Below, piece by piece: positions 11,033-21,593 of a stretch of 64,000 nucleotides of DNA; position 1 is the stretch's first letter; every line of letters starts with the position of its first letter. Source of the stretch: Nostoc sp. (GTDB lineage Bacteria; Cyanobacteriota; Cyanobacteriia; Cyanobacteriales; Nostocaceae); contig JBALDB010000048.1 of assembly GCA_036918135.1 (NCBI GenBank), positions 1 to 64,000 on the forward strand, read 5' to 3'. The notes beneath the pieces were generated by a model. It saw nothing but the letters and a program-made list of their open reading frames with translations. It made no database searches and was not told the origin of the DNA. A program made the translations under genes and the position numbers.

Positions 11033-12439
11033 AATTTTTAGTCTATCGGGTAGGCGATCTTGCCGAATTAAGTCTTGATAAGTTTCACGTTGCAAAATTA
11101 AATTTGCTTCGCCATTCGCCACCACAACTGCTGCCGATCGCGGCAAGCGGTTATAGTTAGATGCCATACTGTAATTGTATGCACCAGTTCCCATAACTAC
11201 GAGAATATCTCCTGGTTCTGTCTTGGGGAGTAGGGCGTTTTTAATCAGAATATCTCCTGATTCACAATGTTTACCAGCAATTGTGACTGTTTGGGTTAAA
11301 GGAGAGGACATTTTATTAGCAACCACTGCTCGATAAACTGATTGGTAAGTAATCGGGCGGGGATTGTCAGACATTCCTCCGTCAATTGCTACGTAGGTAC
11401 GAATTTCTGGGATAATTTTGGATGAACCAATAGTGTAAGCTGTAATGCAAGCTGTGGCAATTAGCGATCGCCCTGGTTCGCAAAGTAATTTTGGCAAAGG
11501 CAAATTTTCGGCTATACAAGCTTCTTGGATCGTTTCACAAATCGGCTTTACCCACTCTTCAATGCTTGGGGGATCGTCTGATTCTGTATACTTAATCCCT
11601 AAACCACCACCGACATTTAACTCTGTTAATTTTAGATTATACTTCGCGGCATCACGCAACCACTGCACCATCAGAGCAGCTAAATCTCGATGCGGTTGGC
11701 GTTCAAAAATTTGAGAACCAATATGAGCGTGTAACCCTACGCAGTTGAGCACAGATTGTTTACTGACAAAAGTAAACAATTCCTCCAACTCATTGGGAGC
11801 GAAGCCAAATTTACTATCTAGTTGCCCCGTGCGGATATACTCATGTGTGTGACATTCAATACCCGGAGTTAAACGCAACAGAAATCGAGGATGTACAGAG
11901 GGGGAATTTGCCGTTTCGACAATTTCTACCAAAGTACGTAACTCGTGCCAGTTGTCCACCACAATAGTGCAACCGACTTCTGTGGCAAAAACCAGTTCTT
12001 CGCGAGATTTATTATTGCTATGAAGATAGATTTTCTCAGGATTCACGCCTGCTTGCAGGGCGGTGTAAAGTTCGCCGCCTGATGCAACATCGATTCCTAA
12101 ACCCTCAGAGGCGGCGATCGCACAAATTGCTAGACAATTCCAGGCTTTTGAAGCATACAATACTTGAGATTCGCCTTTGTAGTATTGTTTGAAAGCATCT
12201 CGGTATTGCTGACAACCCAAACGCAGGGTTTCTTCATCTAAAATATATAAAGGTGAACCAAACTGCTTAACTAGGGTTGTGACATCACACCCACCAATTT
12301 CCAAGAAGTCATGATTATGAACTCTGGCTGTTAAAGGTAAAAGTTCTTGATTAGGCGAGGAATTTGCTTTGCTGCTAGGCCCTTGAGGTAAATATTGACT
12401 TCCAGAATGTTCAACCCCAGTGGGGTGAGTCGATACCAT
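11030..12439 (-). CDS. lysA: Diaminopimelate decarboxylase
   Basis: YASKA, HAHIGSQI, NVGGGLG, EPGRS, HCESGD, GAYNYSMASNYN. Confidence 0.97.
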   Translation of the reverse strand: MVSTHPTGVEHSGSQYLPQGPSSKANSSPNQELLPLTARVHNHDFLEIGGCDVTTLVKQFGSPLYILDEETLRLGCQQYRDAFKQYYKGESQVLYASKAWNCLAICAIAASEGLGIDVASGGELYTALQAGVNPEKIYLHSNNKSREELVFATEVGCTIVVDNWHELRTLVEIVETANSPSVHPRFLLRLTPGIECHTHEYIRTGQLDSKFGFAPNELEELFTFVSKQSVLNCVGLHAHIGSQIFERQPHRDLAALMVQWLRDAAKYNLKLTELNVGGGLGIKYTESDDPPSIEEWVKPICETIQEACIAENLPLPKLLCEPGRSLIATACITAYTIGSSKIIPEIRTYVAIDGGMSDNPRPITYQSVYRAVVANKMSSPLTQTVTIAGKHCESGDILIKNALLPKTEPGDILVVMGTGAYNYSMASNYNRLPRSAAVVVANGEANLILQRETYQDLIRQDRLPDRLKI

Positions 12440-12752
12440 AACTATAATTAATTGTCCTTGTTCAAAATACGGGGGCGAGTAAATCTCCCGTTTTCCAGTT
12501 TACCTTTTTCAGCAAGAAGGCTGACACTAAACCTCAAAGGTCAGTATTGAGATAGCAGTTACTACAAGTAGGCAAACACGCAGCCTGCTACCTGATGAAT
12601 TACCTGTCAGTGGACTGGTCTGATTACCGACTTCTGGAAAATCAAGCAACATCAAAGTCCGGTTAGTAACAGTTATCTAGTATAGGAAGTTTTAGCATTT
12701 GGTAACTTGAAGTAAAGTCTGGCGTAACGGTTTGTAATCTTATTCGATAAAC

Positions 12753-13316
12753 GTGATTTCATTAGACTTAGAAATTCAATTACTCAAAAAAGAGCATCTG
12801 AGTGCATTGCTGGAACTAGACCGAGCTTGTTTTGGAGGTCTATGGACTATGGAGGGTTACCAACGAGAGTTGGACAGTCCCAACAGCGAATGCTTGGGTT
12901 TGTTTTCCCCTGTCTCTAGTTCGAGACTGCTAGGAATGGGTTGCTTTTGGTCAATTTTAGAAGAAGCTCACATTACAATTTTGGCGGTTCATCCCCAATA
13001 TCACCGCCAAGGTTTAGGACAGGCTCTACTATATTCAGTGCTTAGGACAGCTTGCGATCGCGGTTTGGAGCGAGCAACCCTCGAAGTCCGAGCTTCCAAC
13101 TTGAAGGCTATATCTTTATATCAAAAATTTGGTTTCAAAACAGCAGGGCGGCGTCGGCGTTACTACCAAGATAACGGCGAAGACGCACTTATTCTTTGGC
13201 TCTCAGACCTCCAACACTCCAAATTTCAAGTTACTTTAGACCACTGGCATTCTCTTGTCAGCGATCGCCTGAGCAAATCCTGTTGGCAATTAATATTTCA
13301 AGGGAGTAAGAAGTAG
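12753..13316 (+). CDS. rimI: Ribosomal protein S18-alanine N-acetyltransferase
   Basis: GNAT motifs EAHITILAV, RQGLG, LEVRASN, RRRYY..GEDALI. Confidence 0.9.
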   Translation: MISLDLEIQLLKKEHLSALLELDRACFGGLWTMEGYQRELDSPNSECLGLFSPVSSSRLLGMGCFWSILEEAHITILAVHPQYHRQGLGQALLYSVLRTACDRGLERATLEVRASNLKAISLYQKFGFKTAGRRRRYYQDNGEDALILWLSDLQHSKFQVTLDHWHSLVSDRLSKSCWQLIFQGSKK

Positions 13317-13741
13317 GGCATGGGGCATGGTACAAGCAGATAATCGAAATGACAAACTGCCTAGCTTCCGCAAAAAACTGCAACTTTGCTGGATCTATTT
13401 CTATTTAAATATTTTATAGTAATAAATTTTTTTATACAAATTACATATATTAAAAAATATGTCTGGAGATGAATCCGCAAATATGTGAATAATGGTAATT
13501 TGGGACTAAACTAATAATCTCTCAACATCAGTAGTTAGCTATTGGTCAGAAATGCCAAAAAGGCTGGTGAACTAAAGCTCCTCAGTACAGTAGCCAGATA
13601 AAAGTAGTCAAAAGGTAGTAATTTCCGCATCAACCTAAATTCACAAGCTTTGGATGTCTATAATCTGTTATACAGGCGTCCAAAAGCTTAGCCTGTGCTA
13701 AAATCAGCGTACCGGCACGACGCAGGTGATGGGATAAAGCC

Positions 13742-16210
13742 ATGTTTGAACGCTTCACAGAAAAAGCCATTAAGGTAATCATGCTGGCCCAAGAAGAGGC
13801 CCGCCGTTTAGGCCACAACTTTGTCGGCACCGAGCAGATCCTCTTGGGTCTGATTGGCGAAGGCACTGGTGTAGCCGCCAAGGTGCTCAAATCAATGGGC
13901 GTCAATCTTAAAGATGCTCGAATTGAAGTTGAAAAAATTATAGGTCGGGGATCGGGCTTTGTGGCCGTGGAAATTCCGTTTACGCCACGGGCAAAGCGAG
14001 TTCTAGAACTCTCCTTGGAAGAAGCACGCCAACTGGGGCATAACTACATTGGCACCGAGCATCTGCTGTTGGGCCTAATCCGCGAAGGGGAAGGTGTAGC
14101 AGCCAGGGTGTTAGAAAACCTCGGTGTGGATCTATCCAAGGTGAGAACCCAAGTCATTCGTATGTTGGGAGAAACTGCTGAAGTTTCGCCAGGGGGTTCA
14201 TCCGGGCGTACAAAAACCCCGACTCTGGATGAATTTGGCTCAAACCTGACCCAAATGGCTACAGACAACAAGCTCGATCCTGTAGTGGGACGCGCTAAAG
14301 AAATTGAGCGGGTGATTCAGATATTGGGTCGCCGGACTAAAAATAACCCAGTGCTGATTGGGGAACCAGGGGTTGGTAAAACAGCGATCGCTGAAGGTTT
14401 AGCTTCACGCATTGCCAACAAAGATGTCCCAGACATCCTGGAAGATAAACGCGTAGTCACACTGGATATCGGTTTGCTGGTAGCAGGAACCAAGTACCGG
14501 GGTGAATTTGAAGAACGCTTGAAAAAAATTATGGATGAAATCCGCTCTGCGGGTAACGTCATCCTAGTAATTGATGAAGTTCACACCCTAATTGGTGCAG
14601 GTGCAGCAGAAGGTGCTATAGATGCAGCCAATATCCTCAAGCCAGCTTTGGCCAGGGGTGAGTTGCAGTGCATCGGCGCGACAACCCTAGATGAATACCG
14701 CAAGCACATCGAGCGGGATGCAGCACTAGAGCGGCGTTTCCAACCAGTGATGGTGGGCGAACCGAGTGTAGATGAAACAATAGAAATTTTATATGGTCTG
14801 CGCGATCGCTACGAGCAACACCACAAGCTGAAAATCTCCGATGAAGCATTGGTGGCGGCGGCGAAATTGTCAGACCGTTATATTAGCGATCGCTACCTCC
14901 CAGATAAAGCCATCGACTTAGTTGATGAAGCTGGTTCGCGGGTGCGCTTGATTAATTCCCAACTTCCACCCGCAGCCAAAGAGTTAGACAAAGAACTGCG
15001 TCAGATCTTAAAAGAAAAAGATGATGCAGTCCGCTCCCAGGACTTCGATAAGGCTGGGGAATTGCGCGATCGGGAAATGGAAATCAAAGCCGAAATTCGA
15101 GCCATTGCTCAAAGCAAGACCAATGCAGCTGGCTCCGAACACGAAGAACCCGTAGTTACAGAAGAAGACATTGCTCACATTGTCGCTTCCTGGACTGGGG
15201 TACCAGTGAACAAGCTCACCGAATCAGAATCTGAAAAGCTGCTGCACATGGAAGACACCTTGCACCAGCGTTTAATTGGTCAAGACGATGCTGTGAAAGC
15301 AGTTTCACGCGCTATTCGTCGCGCTCGTGTCGGCTTAAAAAATCCCAATCGACCCATTGCTAGCTTTGTCTTCTCTGGGCCTACTGGTGTAGGTAAAACC
15401 GAGTTAGCGAAATCCTTAGCTGCTTACTTCTTCGGTTCCGAAGAAGCCATGATCCGCTTAGATATGTCGGAATACATGGAGCGTCACACCGTCAGCAAGT
15501 TGATCGGTTCGCCTCCTGGTTATGTTGGTTATAACGAAGGTGGTCAACTAACCGAAGCCGTGCGGCGGCGTCCTTACACCGTGGTGCTGTTCGACGAAAT
15601 CGAAAAAGCACATCCCGATGTATTCAACATGCTGCTGCAAATTTTGGAAGACGGTCGGTTAACTGACGCCAAAGGTCGCACGGTGGACTTTAAGAACACC
15701 TTGCTGATTTTAACTTCCAATATTGGTTCTAAGGTAATTGAAAAAGGCGGCAGTGGTATTGGCTTTGAATTTGCTGAAGATGTTACCGAATCAGCTTACA
15801 ACCGGATTCGCTCCTTGGTGAACGAAGAATTGAAACAATACTTCCGTCCAGAGTTCCTCAACCGACTCGATGAAATTATCGTCTTCCGTCAGTTGAGCAA
15901 GCCAGAGGTGACCCAAATCGCCGAAATTATGCTCAAGGAAGTATTTGGTCGTCTAACCGAAAAAGGTATCACCTTAGAAGTCAGCGATCGCTTCAAGGAT
16001 CGTTTAATCGAAGAAGGTTACAGTCCCAGCTACGGCGCCAGACCATTACGCCGAGCAATTATGCGCTTGTTAGAAGATAGCCTAGCAGAGGAAATTCTCT
16101 CTGGTCGCATCAAGGATGGCGATACAGCCTTAGTTGATGTTGATGAGAACGGTACTGTTCAGGTAAGCGCTCAAGAGCGTCGGGAATTGTTACCCCAAGG
16201 CGTTGAGTAA
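13742..16210 (+). CDS. clpC: ATP-dependent Clp protease ATP-binding subunit ClpC
   Basis: MFERFTEKA start, two Clp-N repeats, Walker A GEPGVGKT and [11 protein letters not shown]-like middle domain. Confidence 0.98.
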   Translation: MFERFTEKAIKVIMLAQEEARRLGHNFVGTEQILLGLIGEGTGVAAKVLKSMGVNLKDARIEVEKIIGRGSGFVAVEIPFTPRAKRVLELSLEEARQLGHNYIGTEHLLLGLIREGEGVAARVLENLGVDLSKVRTQVIRMLGETAEVSPGGSSGRTKTPTLDEFGSNLTQMATDNKLDPVVGRAKEIERVIQILGRRTKNNPVLIGEPGVGKTAIAEGLASRIANKDVPDILEDKRVVTLDIGLLVAGTKYRGEFEERLKKIMDEIRSAGNVILVIDEVHTLIGAGAAEGAIDAANILKPALARGELQCIGATTLDEYRKHIERDAALERRFQPVMVGEPSVDETIEILYGLRDRYEQHHKLKISDEALVAAAKLSDRYISDRYLPDKAIDLVDEAGSRVRLINSQLPPAAKELDKELRQILKEKDDAVRSQDFDKAGELRDREMEIKAEIRAIAQSKTNAAGSEHEEPVVTEEDIAHIVASWTGVPVNKLTESESEKLLHMEDTLHQRLIGQDDAVKAVSRAIRRARVGLKNPNRPIASFVFSGPTGVGKTELAKSLAAYFFGSEEAMIRLDMSEYMERHTVSKLIGSPPGYVGYNEGGQLTEAVRRRPYTVVLFDEIEKAHPDVFNMLLQILEDGRLTDAKGRTVDFKNTLLILTSNIGSKVIEKGGSGIGFEFAEDVTESAYNRIRSLVNEELKQYFRPEFLNRLDEIIVFRQLSKPEVTQIAEIMLKEVFGRLTEKGITLEVSDRFKDRLIEEGYSPSYGARPLRRAIMRLLEDSLAEEILSGRIKDGDTALVDVDENGTVQVSAQERRELLPQGVE

Positions 16211-16251
16211 GATTTAAGATTTGGGATTTTAGTCTCGAATCAAAAATTCGC

Positions 16252-16285
16252 AAACGGTAGAGTATTTATTGCTCTACCGTTTTTT
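16252..16285 (+). terminator. Rho-independent terminator of clpC
   Basis: AAACGGTAGAG...CTCTACCGTTT stem followed by T run. Confidence 0.85.
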
Positions 16286-16395
16286 CAATATATGCAATAA
16301 TGTGACATAGTGTTTGGTCTGCGGTAGTATATCGTTCACTGAATCCTTACCATGTTAAATTGATTGGATAAGCGCACTAAAAGGTGTTCCAAGTT

Positions 16396-16566
16396 ATGAC
16401 CTTCAGTGATGTAGTTGAAGCAATTAAAAGTCTTTCCAGCGAAGAAAAACTAGAAATTCAACTGCTATTGCAGCAATATCTACGGGAAGAAGGGCGTGAA
16501 GAGATTTATCAAAATTTTCAGGCGGCGCAAGTAGAACAGCAAAATAGTGAACTAAAGTTTTCTTGA
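16396..16566 (+). CDS. Small hypothetical protein, antitoxin-like, possibly truncated
   Basis: MTFSDVVEAIKSLSSEEKLEIQLLL..: short acidic helical protein; no downstream toxin ORF. Confidence 0.5.
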   Translation: MTFSDVVEAIKSLSSEEKLEIQLLLQQYLREEGREEIYQNFQAAQVEQQNSELKFS

Positions 16567-16798
16567 AATAATGTATTGCGGTGATTAATAATATTCCTGA
16601 AGTTGATTTATATATAAACTCTTGGTCATGGAGCATTTTCTTGAGAGTTAAGATGCACCAAGAAAAATGCGATCGCCTTTAGCAAGTGATTTTTGATATT
16701 ACTCACCACTAATGAATATCACCAGATAATTGACGCTGAGATTTTGAGCGATCGCCAAGTTTAACTACTCTTTTTAAGAATGACTTGTAATAGATTGT

Positions 16799-17707
16799 TT
16801 ACTCAACTATTTTTGTATGTGATTTAACGCTGGGAGTCAAGCTGGTTAAATCGTCGATGTTGCATTTCATTGTGTTGCAAATTGCGTCTAGAGGTAAGTC
16901 ATTGGCATCATAACCAAACGGATTTTCTATTTCAAAACCGATGGCTTCAATACCAAATACTGTAAAACCAACTAAAGCAGCAATTAAGCCTGTCCACCAA
17001 CCGAGACTATCTACGATTTGAAATGGTAATAGTAAACAATATAGTATCAGTAATTGCTTTAGATGAATGGCATAAGCTAATGGCATTGGTGTTTTTAAAA
17101 TCCGTTCGCAAGCACCTAAATTATCCACAAGATTATTCAATAATTCTTGCATGGCTGTTAACTGATAGCTATTGATGCAATTACGATTATATTGCTGCTG
17201 TAAATAATCTCCTATCCAAAAAGCTACTTCTATAGGAGGATTATTCATAATCTTCAGTTTTACATACTTTTTAGATGACATGAATTCTTCTAATTCGCTT
17301 TTGACAGGTTCTCCACGCAAATGTAATTTAGTCGCCACTGCAAAAGCTACTAATAAATTTAATGCCGTAATTTTATTGTCTTTATCATCTGGAGATATTT
17401 CGTCAACTGATACCCAAATCTGCCGCGCTAAATTTCGGACATTATTTACTATGGAACCCCAGCATTTCCTTCCTTCCCAAAATCGATCGTAAGCAGTATT
17501 TGTACGAAATACAAGTAACAAACCCAAAACAATACTAGGAATAACACTTCCTAAAATGGGTTGGGATACAGGTAACTTAAAATAATGAAGTATAGAAACG
17601 AACAATCCAAAAAATCCAGACCATAAAACATTTTTGTAAATCGCTTTCACTACTGAACCTTTAAATTGTAATTTTGTGTGTAACGATTTCGGGTTTTCAA
17701 CACTCAT
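16799..17707 (-). CDS. Bestrophin-family ion channel
   Basis: LLLVFRTNTAYDRFWEGRKCWG, ERILKTPMP, IENPFGYDANDLPLD. Confidence 0.93.
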   Translation of the reverse strand: MSVENPKSLHTKLQFKGSVVKAIYKNVLWSGFFGLFVSILHYFKLPVSQPILGSVIPSIVLGLLLVFRTNTAYDRFWEGRKCWGSIVNNVRNLARQIWVSVDEISPDDKDNKITALNLLVAFAVATKLHLRGEPVKSELEEFMSSKKYVKLKIMNNPPIEVAFWIGDYLQQQYNRNCINSYQLTAMQELLNNLVDNLGACERILKTPMPLAYAIHLKQLLILYCLLLPFQIVDSLGWWTGLIAALVGFTVFGIEAIGFEIENPFGYDANDLPLDAICNTMKCNIDDLTSLTPSVKSHTKIVE

Positions 17708-17898
17708 GTAGTCACCCTAAGAAAACATCTTGATAACTTAAAAATAATAGCTCTAGAATCAGCAGTATTGTCAAGGATAATACTGTAAAAAATAGTGCTA
17801 TAACTCAATGAAATATACTTATAACAATGGTTGTATCCTACTTCTACTTAAAAAAATTCAAAAGCAATAGCCTACAACTTACTACGCCTAGTCAGTTA

Positions 17899-17916
17899 AT
17901 TGTAAAGAAATGTAAA
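17899..17916 (-). promoter_or_regulatory. HLR1 (RpaB-type) direct repeat
   Basis: Minus strand TTTACATT-TC-TTTACAAT matches (G/T)TTACA(T/A)(T/A)-N2-repeat. Confidence 0.6.
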
Positions 17917-18080
17917 AGCTTTGTGCTAGCTGCATAAATCTTGCACATTGCCTTGATAAGTATATTGAAGAAAAGGTACACGCCTTATCGATAATGACCA
18001 TAAGGCATTAATCGCTATTATGTACCCTAGTAAATCAACAAGTTGTAACCTGTACAAATCCTGCCCTGTAAATTCAGTGT

Positions 18081-18494
18081 CTAGACATAACTCATGTTAT
18101 GTCTTTTTTCGTTATTAGTCTCAAAACGTTGGATTTCAATCAAATAACCACTAGGGTCACGTAAAAAGCAATGATAAATATTATACTTTTTATTCAGTGT
18201 AGGTGGCTTTTCAAATTTGACGCCACGTTCTTGGAGATATTCAAACCACTCATCTACCTGCTGTGTTACCAAAGTAAAAATAACCCCAGATTGGTTTTCA
18301 GTTGAGGGAATTGATGTTTCGCTTGTTTGGCATAATCCCAAGTATCCAGAGCCAGTAACACTATAAATTCGACAGGTTCCTTGGTCAAGCCACAACTCCA
18401 AACCTAGCTTTTGTTCGTAGAATTCTGTGGATACATTGAGATCGTGGGTATAAAAGAAGGTAACCTGTTGGTCTATTTGCGGTTGATGAGACAT
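18081..18494 (-). CDS. VOC / glyoxalase family protein
   Basis: FYEQKLGL...VDEWFEYL..RGVKF...FLRDPSGYLIEI; likely start MSHQPQ at 18494 (ORF track extends to 18539). Confidence 0.88.
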   Translation of the reverse strand: MSHQPQIDQQVTFFYTHDLNVSTEFYEQKLGLELWLDQGTCRIYSVTGSGYLGLCQTSETSIPSTENQSGVIFTLVTQQVDEWFEYLQERGVKFEKPPTLNKKYNIYHCFLRDPSGYLIEIQRFETNNEKRHNMSYV

Positions 18495-18501
18495 AAAATA
18501 T

Positions 18502-18947
18502 ATTTGAGTATATACCCTAACGACATCTGGCGATCGCATAGGTAAAAATTTATTTATGTTAGAAACCTGTTACTACTCCAGATATGCCTTGAGCGTACCT
18601 GGAGTTTCTTTCTAGATAAAGACTATCAAAATTTTCTAAATCATCCGGATATGCTAAAACAAGCTTGAATAGGAATGCATACCGAATTATTTATATTTAA
18701 CACGGAGCATTACTTGTTGATGTACTCCAGTGCCAAATAACTCTCGCAAAACAGCCCTAGCCCAACTGGGGCTGTTTTACGTTGAGGGTGTGTAAACCAG
18801 CAGTAGAATAGTGAGTCAATAGACAAACTTTACTACATTTGGGTGTATACCCTGATGACGTAGGATTCACTCATGATAAAAATTGATATAGGTAAATGCG
18901 TATCTTTCATGACTCCAGATTTGTGATCAATATATCTGGAGTTTTTT
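18502..18947 (+). ncRNA. Candidate tandem small-RNA units, each ending in a terminator hairpin
   Basis: Degenerate ~110-bp direct repeat (18502-18610 and 18838-18947); hairpins at 18575-18607, 18748-18778 and 18912-18947. Confidence 0.35.
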
Positions 18948-19019
18948 CATTGAATTATTAACGTGCAGATTAACACTATAGATGCGTCAACGTAGTGTAA
19001 CGCACCTTGAATTAGGTCA

Positions 19020-19136
19020 CTATTTTTTGTTTTCTTTGGTCAAATGATAGACTCCCATAGCAGTCCCTATTCCTAATACAGCAGGAGCAGCAACGCCAAC
19101 AGCAATAGCAGCACCTTTAGTGAGTCCTTCAGCCAT
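19020..19136 (-). CDS. 38-aa Gly/Ala-rich hydrophobic peptide or gene remnant
   Basis: MAEGLTKGAAIAVGVAAPAVLGIGTAMGVYHLTKENKK*, GGAG just upstream. Confidence 0.35.
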   Translation of the reverse strand: MAEGLTKGAAIAVGVAAPAVLGIGTAMGVYHLTKENKK

Positions 19137-19276
19137 TGCTCCCAGTTTTGCTGCATCTCTACTATTTTTTCTCGCTTCACAGCTAAATATTTTAAATATT
19201 CAATACTTTAAATAGTTAAGCGATCGCACTTTTACATTTGACCAATTTTCCAGGCGATCGCACTTGATACAAATAC

Positions 19277-20152
19277 TTATTTCACTGTATATGTTACAAA
19301 AATATCCTTTTTCATCTCTACTTCTGCTGGGGCATCTGGATTGTAAGTCGGTGTTAATAAAAAACTAGCAAAAGATGGTAAAGATACTCCAGTTTTGGAA
19401 CTACATGAAGGATAGAATAATGTATAAAATGGCTCAGCAACCGAAGGAATACCAAGTTTAACACCCATAGCAGTCGCTAAAGCCTGAGCGCGACTTTGAG
19501 CGTCTTTCATTGCTGATTGATAAACTGAACTTTGTAAAGCTTGACAATCATTAACTGCATAGTCCACACCCACATTCTTGATAGTAAGATTTTTAAGTTT
19601 GCTCGTCGCTTTGTTTGCTACACCAAGAATTTCCTGAATGCGTTCGCGGGTAGGTTTTTCCACTCTCACCAATATTTTGGCGTTATTTTCACCAGAATTC
19701 GTATTAACTTGTACTTGAATTTTATCAGCACTAATTTTGTTAGCAATGAGACTATCCACTATCGGCTGGAGACTTGCTTTTGTTAAGGCTTTTTCGTTTT
19801 CTAAAGCAGGTATAGGTGTTTGTCCTATTGGTATTTTGTCATTTAAGACCAGAGGTGACAAAGTTAGACGGCGGACTTGCGATAGTGTTGATGGTTGCGG
19901 TTCTGACTGCTCGCTGCTATCTTTGCTACTAAATACCAGTTCAATATCCGCTGTATCTGCTGGCGCTCTTACTACCCCTTGACCCATTACCATTAATGAA
20001 TGGCGATCGCTCGCTGGTGGATAAAATAGTTGGGCATTACTAACTTTAGGTGTTAACACTTCCATCCCAACAGCCACAGTTATACTTACCAGCATCACAG
20101 TAGTTATTTTTTTCATGTTCTGGCAATGTCCCTTGAATATCTTAACTGTCAA
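19277..20152 (-). CDS. SIMPL (DUF541) domain protein
   Basis: Signal peptide; VMGQGVVRAPADTADI; AMKDAQSRAQALATAMGVKLG. Confidence 0.88.
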   Translation of the reverse strand: MTVKIFKGHCQNMKKITTVMLVSITVAVGMEVLTPKVSNAQLFYPPASDRHSLMVMGQGVVRAPADTADIELVFSSKDSSEQSEPQPSTLSQVRRLTLSPLVLNDKIPIGQTPIPALENEKALTKASLQPIVDSLIANKISADKIQVQVNTNSGENNAKILVRVEKPTRERIQEILGVANKATSKLKNLTIKNVGVDYAVNDCQALQSSVYQSAMKDAQSRAQALATAMGVKLGIPSVAEPFYTLFYPSCSSKTGVSLPSFASFLLTPTYNPDAPAEVEMKKDIFVTYTVK

Positions 20153-20488
20153 ATTTTACACTTCAATAGCAAGATACTGAATCTTTTATGAAAAAATTTA
20201 CTAAAAAAGACATTGGATAAAAGGCAGAACAGACAAATAACCAATCTTACGTTTAGCCTTAATCACAACAAAAGGTAGTGCTTTGACAAAAAATATTGAG
20301 CTAATACCACCTCTTTTACACTGACTTTAGTTGTGGTATTAGCTGAAAAATTAAAAATTTCTTGTGGATACTATATGTATCTCCGCAGACAGACATATCT
20401 TGGAGAAATATAGCAGATTTCAACTTGGCGAGTTACCAACCTGGGTCTGTTACCCTAGACATCATTCTCTATTCTGAATTCTGCCGTA

Positions 20489-20866
20489 TTAACCAAACCA
20501 ATGAGATGGTTCACAACCGGGTTGAACTGTTTCACAAAGGTGATGATTAATCCAATCTGACTTTTCTTGAACAATTGAGCAAATACCTTGGTGAATCAAA
20601 TTTTGTAAATGTAGTTGCTGCTCTAAGGGTTTACGAGGCAACTGATAATTGAGCAAGTTTCCTTGTTCCACCTTTGCTAGCGGAATATGTCCGTCAGATA
20701 TGACGCTGTAAAAAGAGGGAATCCGGTTGAGGACAAAAGCAATTAATTCTTGACGTAAGTCAGGAATTGCAAAGGCTTGTTGATATGGATGATATGGATA
20801 TGTAGCCAAAACGATTTCAATCTCTCCTATTACTGATTGTTGAGTTAAATTAACTACAGTTTTCAC
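20489..20866 (-). CDS. ComFB-like hypothetical protein
   Basis: VNLTQQSVIGEI...ELIAFVLNRIPSFY resembles the ComFB N..E..V / A.aLN.LPp.Y pattern; C-terminal PSHWFG. Confidence 0.6.
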   Translation of the reverse strand: MKTVVNLTQQSVIGEIEIVLATYPYHPYQQAFAIPDLRQELIAFVLNRIPSFYSVISDGHIPLAKVEQGNLLNYQLPRKPLEQQLHLQNLIHQGICSIVQEKSDWINHHLCETVQPGCEPSHWFG

Positions 20867-21436
20867 AATTTTTTAAACTCCTTTTTAATCCAGTCAGCGA
20901 TTAATAAAATAAACAACTTTTTTAGATGGCAAAGTTGTCATGACAATCAGTTATAAGTGATTCAACTGATAGATGCAATAGTCCCTGAAACTAGCCTTTT
21001 ATTCAGGTAGAATATCAAACATTTTGCTGTGCTGATTTGAGTTAAGCTTATATACTAGTTTACCGAATGATTTCTCAAAACAGCACTGACTAAACTGATA
21101 AACTGCCGACATTTTATCTTGATAATATTTATTATTTACAATTTATACCTTTTTGGCATAAATCTACATAAAACGCAGCATAAAATTTAGGGGATCAAGA
21201 TTAATAGTAACAATACAAATTACATTAGTAACAAATTTTTAACTAAATTGAACTTTCTTTGTAACTAAGATAACTTTTGAGTTTGCTACAAAATTTGCTA
21301 TTTTATAGACAAGACTTATTTGTTATACATTGATTTAGTAATTCAGAAAAATAGTAACTTACTAGACTGTCAAATCAGTCTAACGACAGATGAAATGATT
21401 GAGTAAAAACGTTTAAAAAGTTCACATTATTTGAAA

Positions 21437-21593
21437 AGATGTTTTAAAAGTCCTCTTTTGAGTAGTCAAACGTTCTAGCTTCCCTTGAATCACCTGAAAA
21501 TCAGGGGACTTTGAATCTGGTTCCCTCCTGAAAAATAGAAGTTAAAGAGAATCTAAAGTTTTTGATATATTAGCTACCACTTTTAAAACATCT
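21437..21593. mobile_element. MITE-like element with 15-bp terminal inverted repeats
   Basis: AGATGTTTTAAAAGT ... ACTTTTAAAACATCT; related ends at 5341-5460 and 57934-58213. Confidence 0.6.

Noticed and set aside
18715..18778. Loose resemblance to NsiR1
   Set aside because: Only short scattered matches recalled from memory, and no hetF context; kept only as an unnamed sRNA candidate
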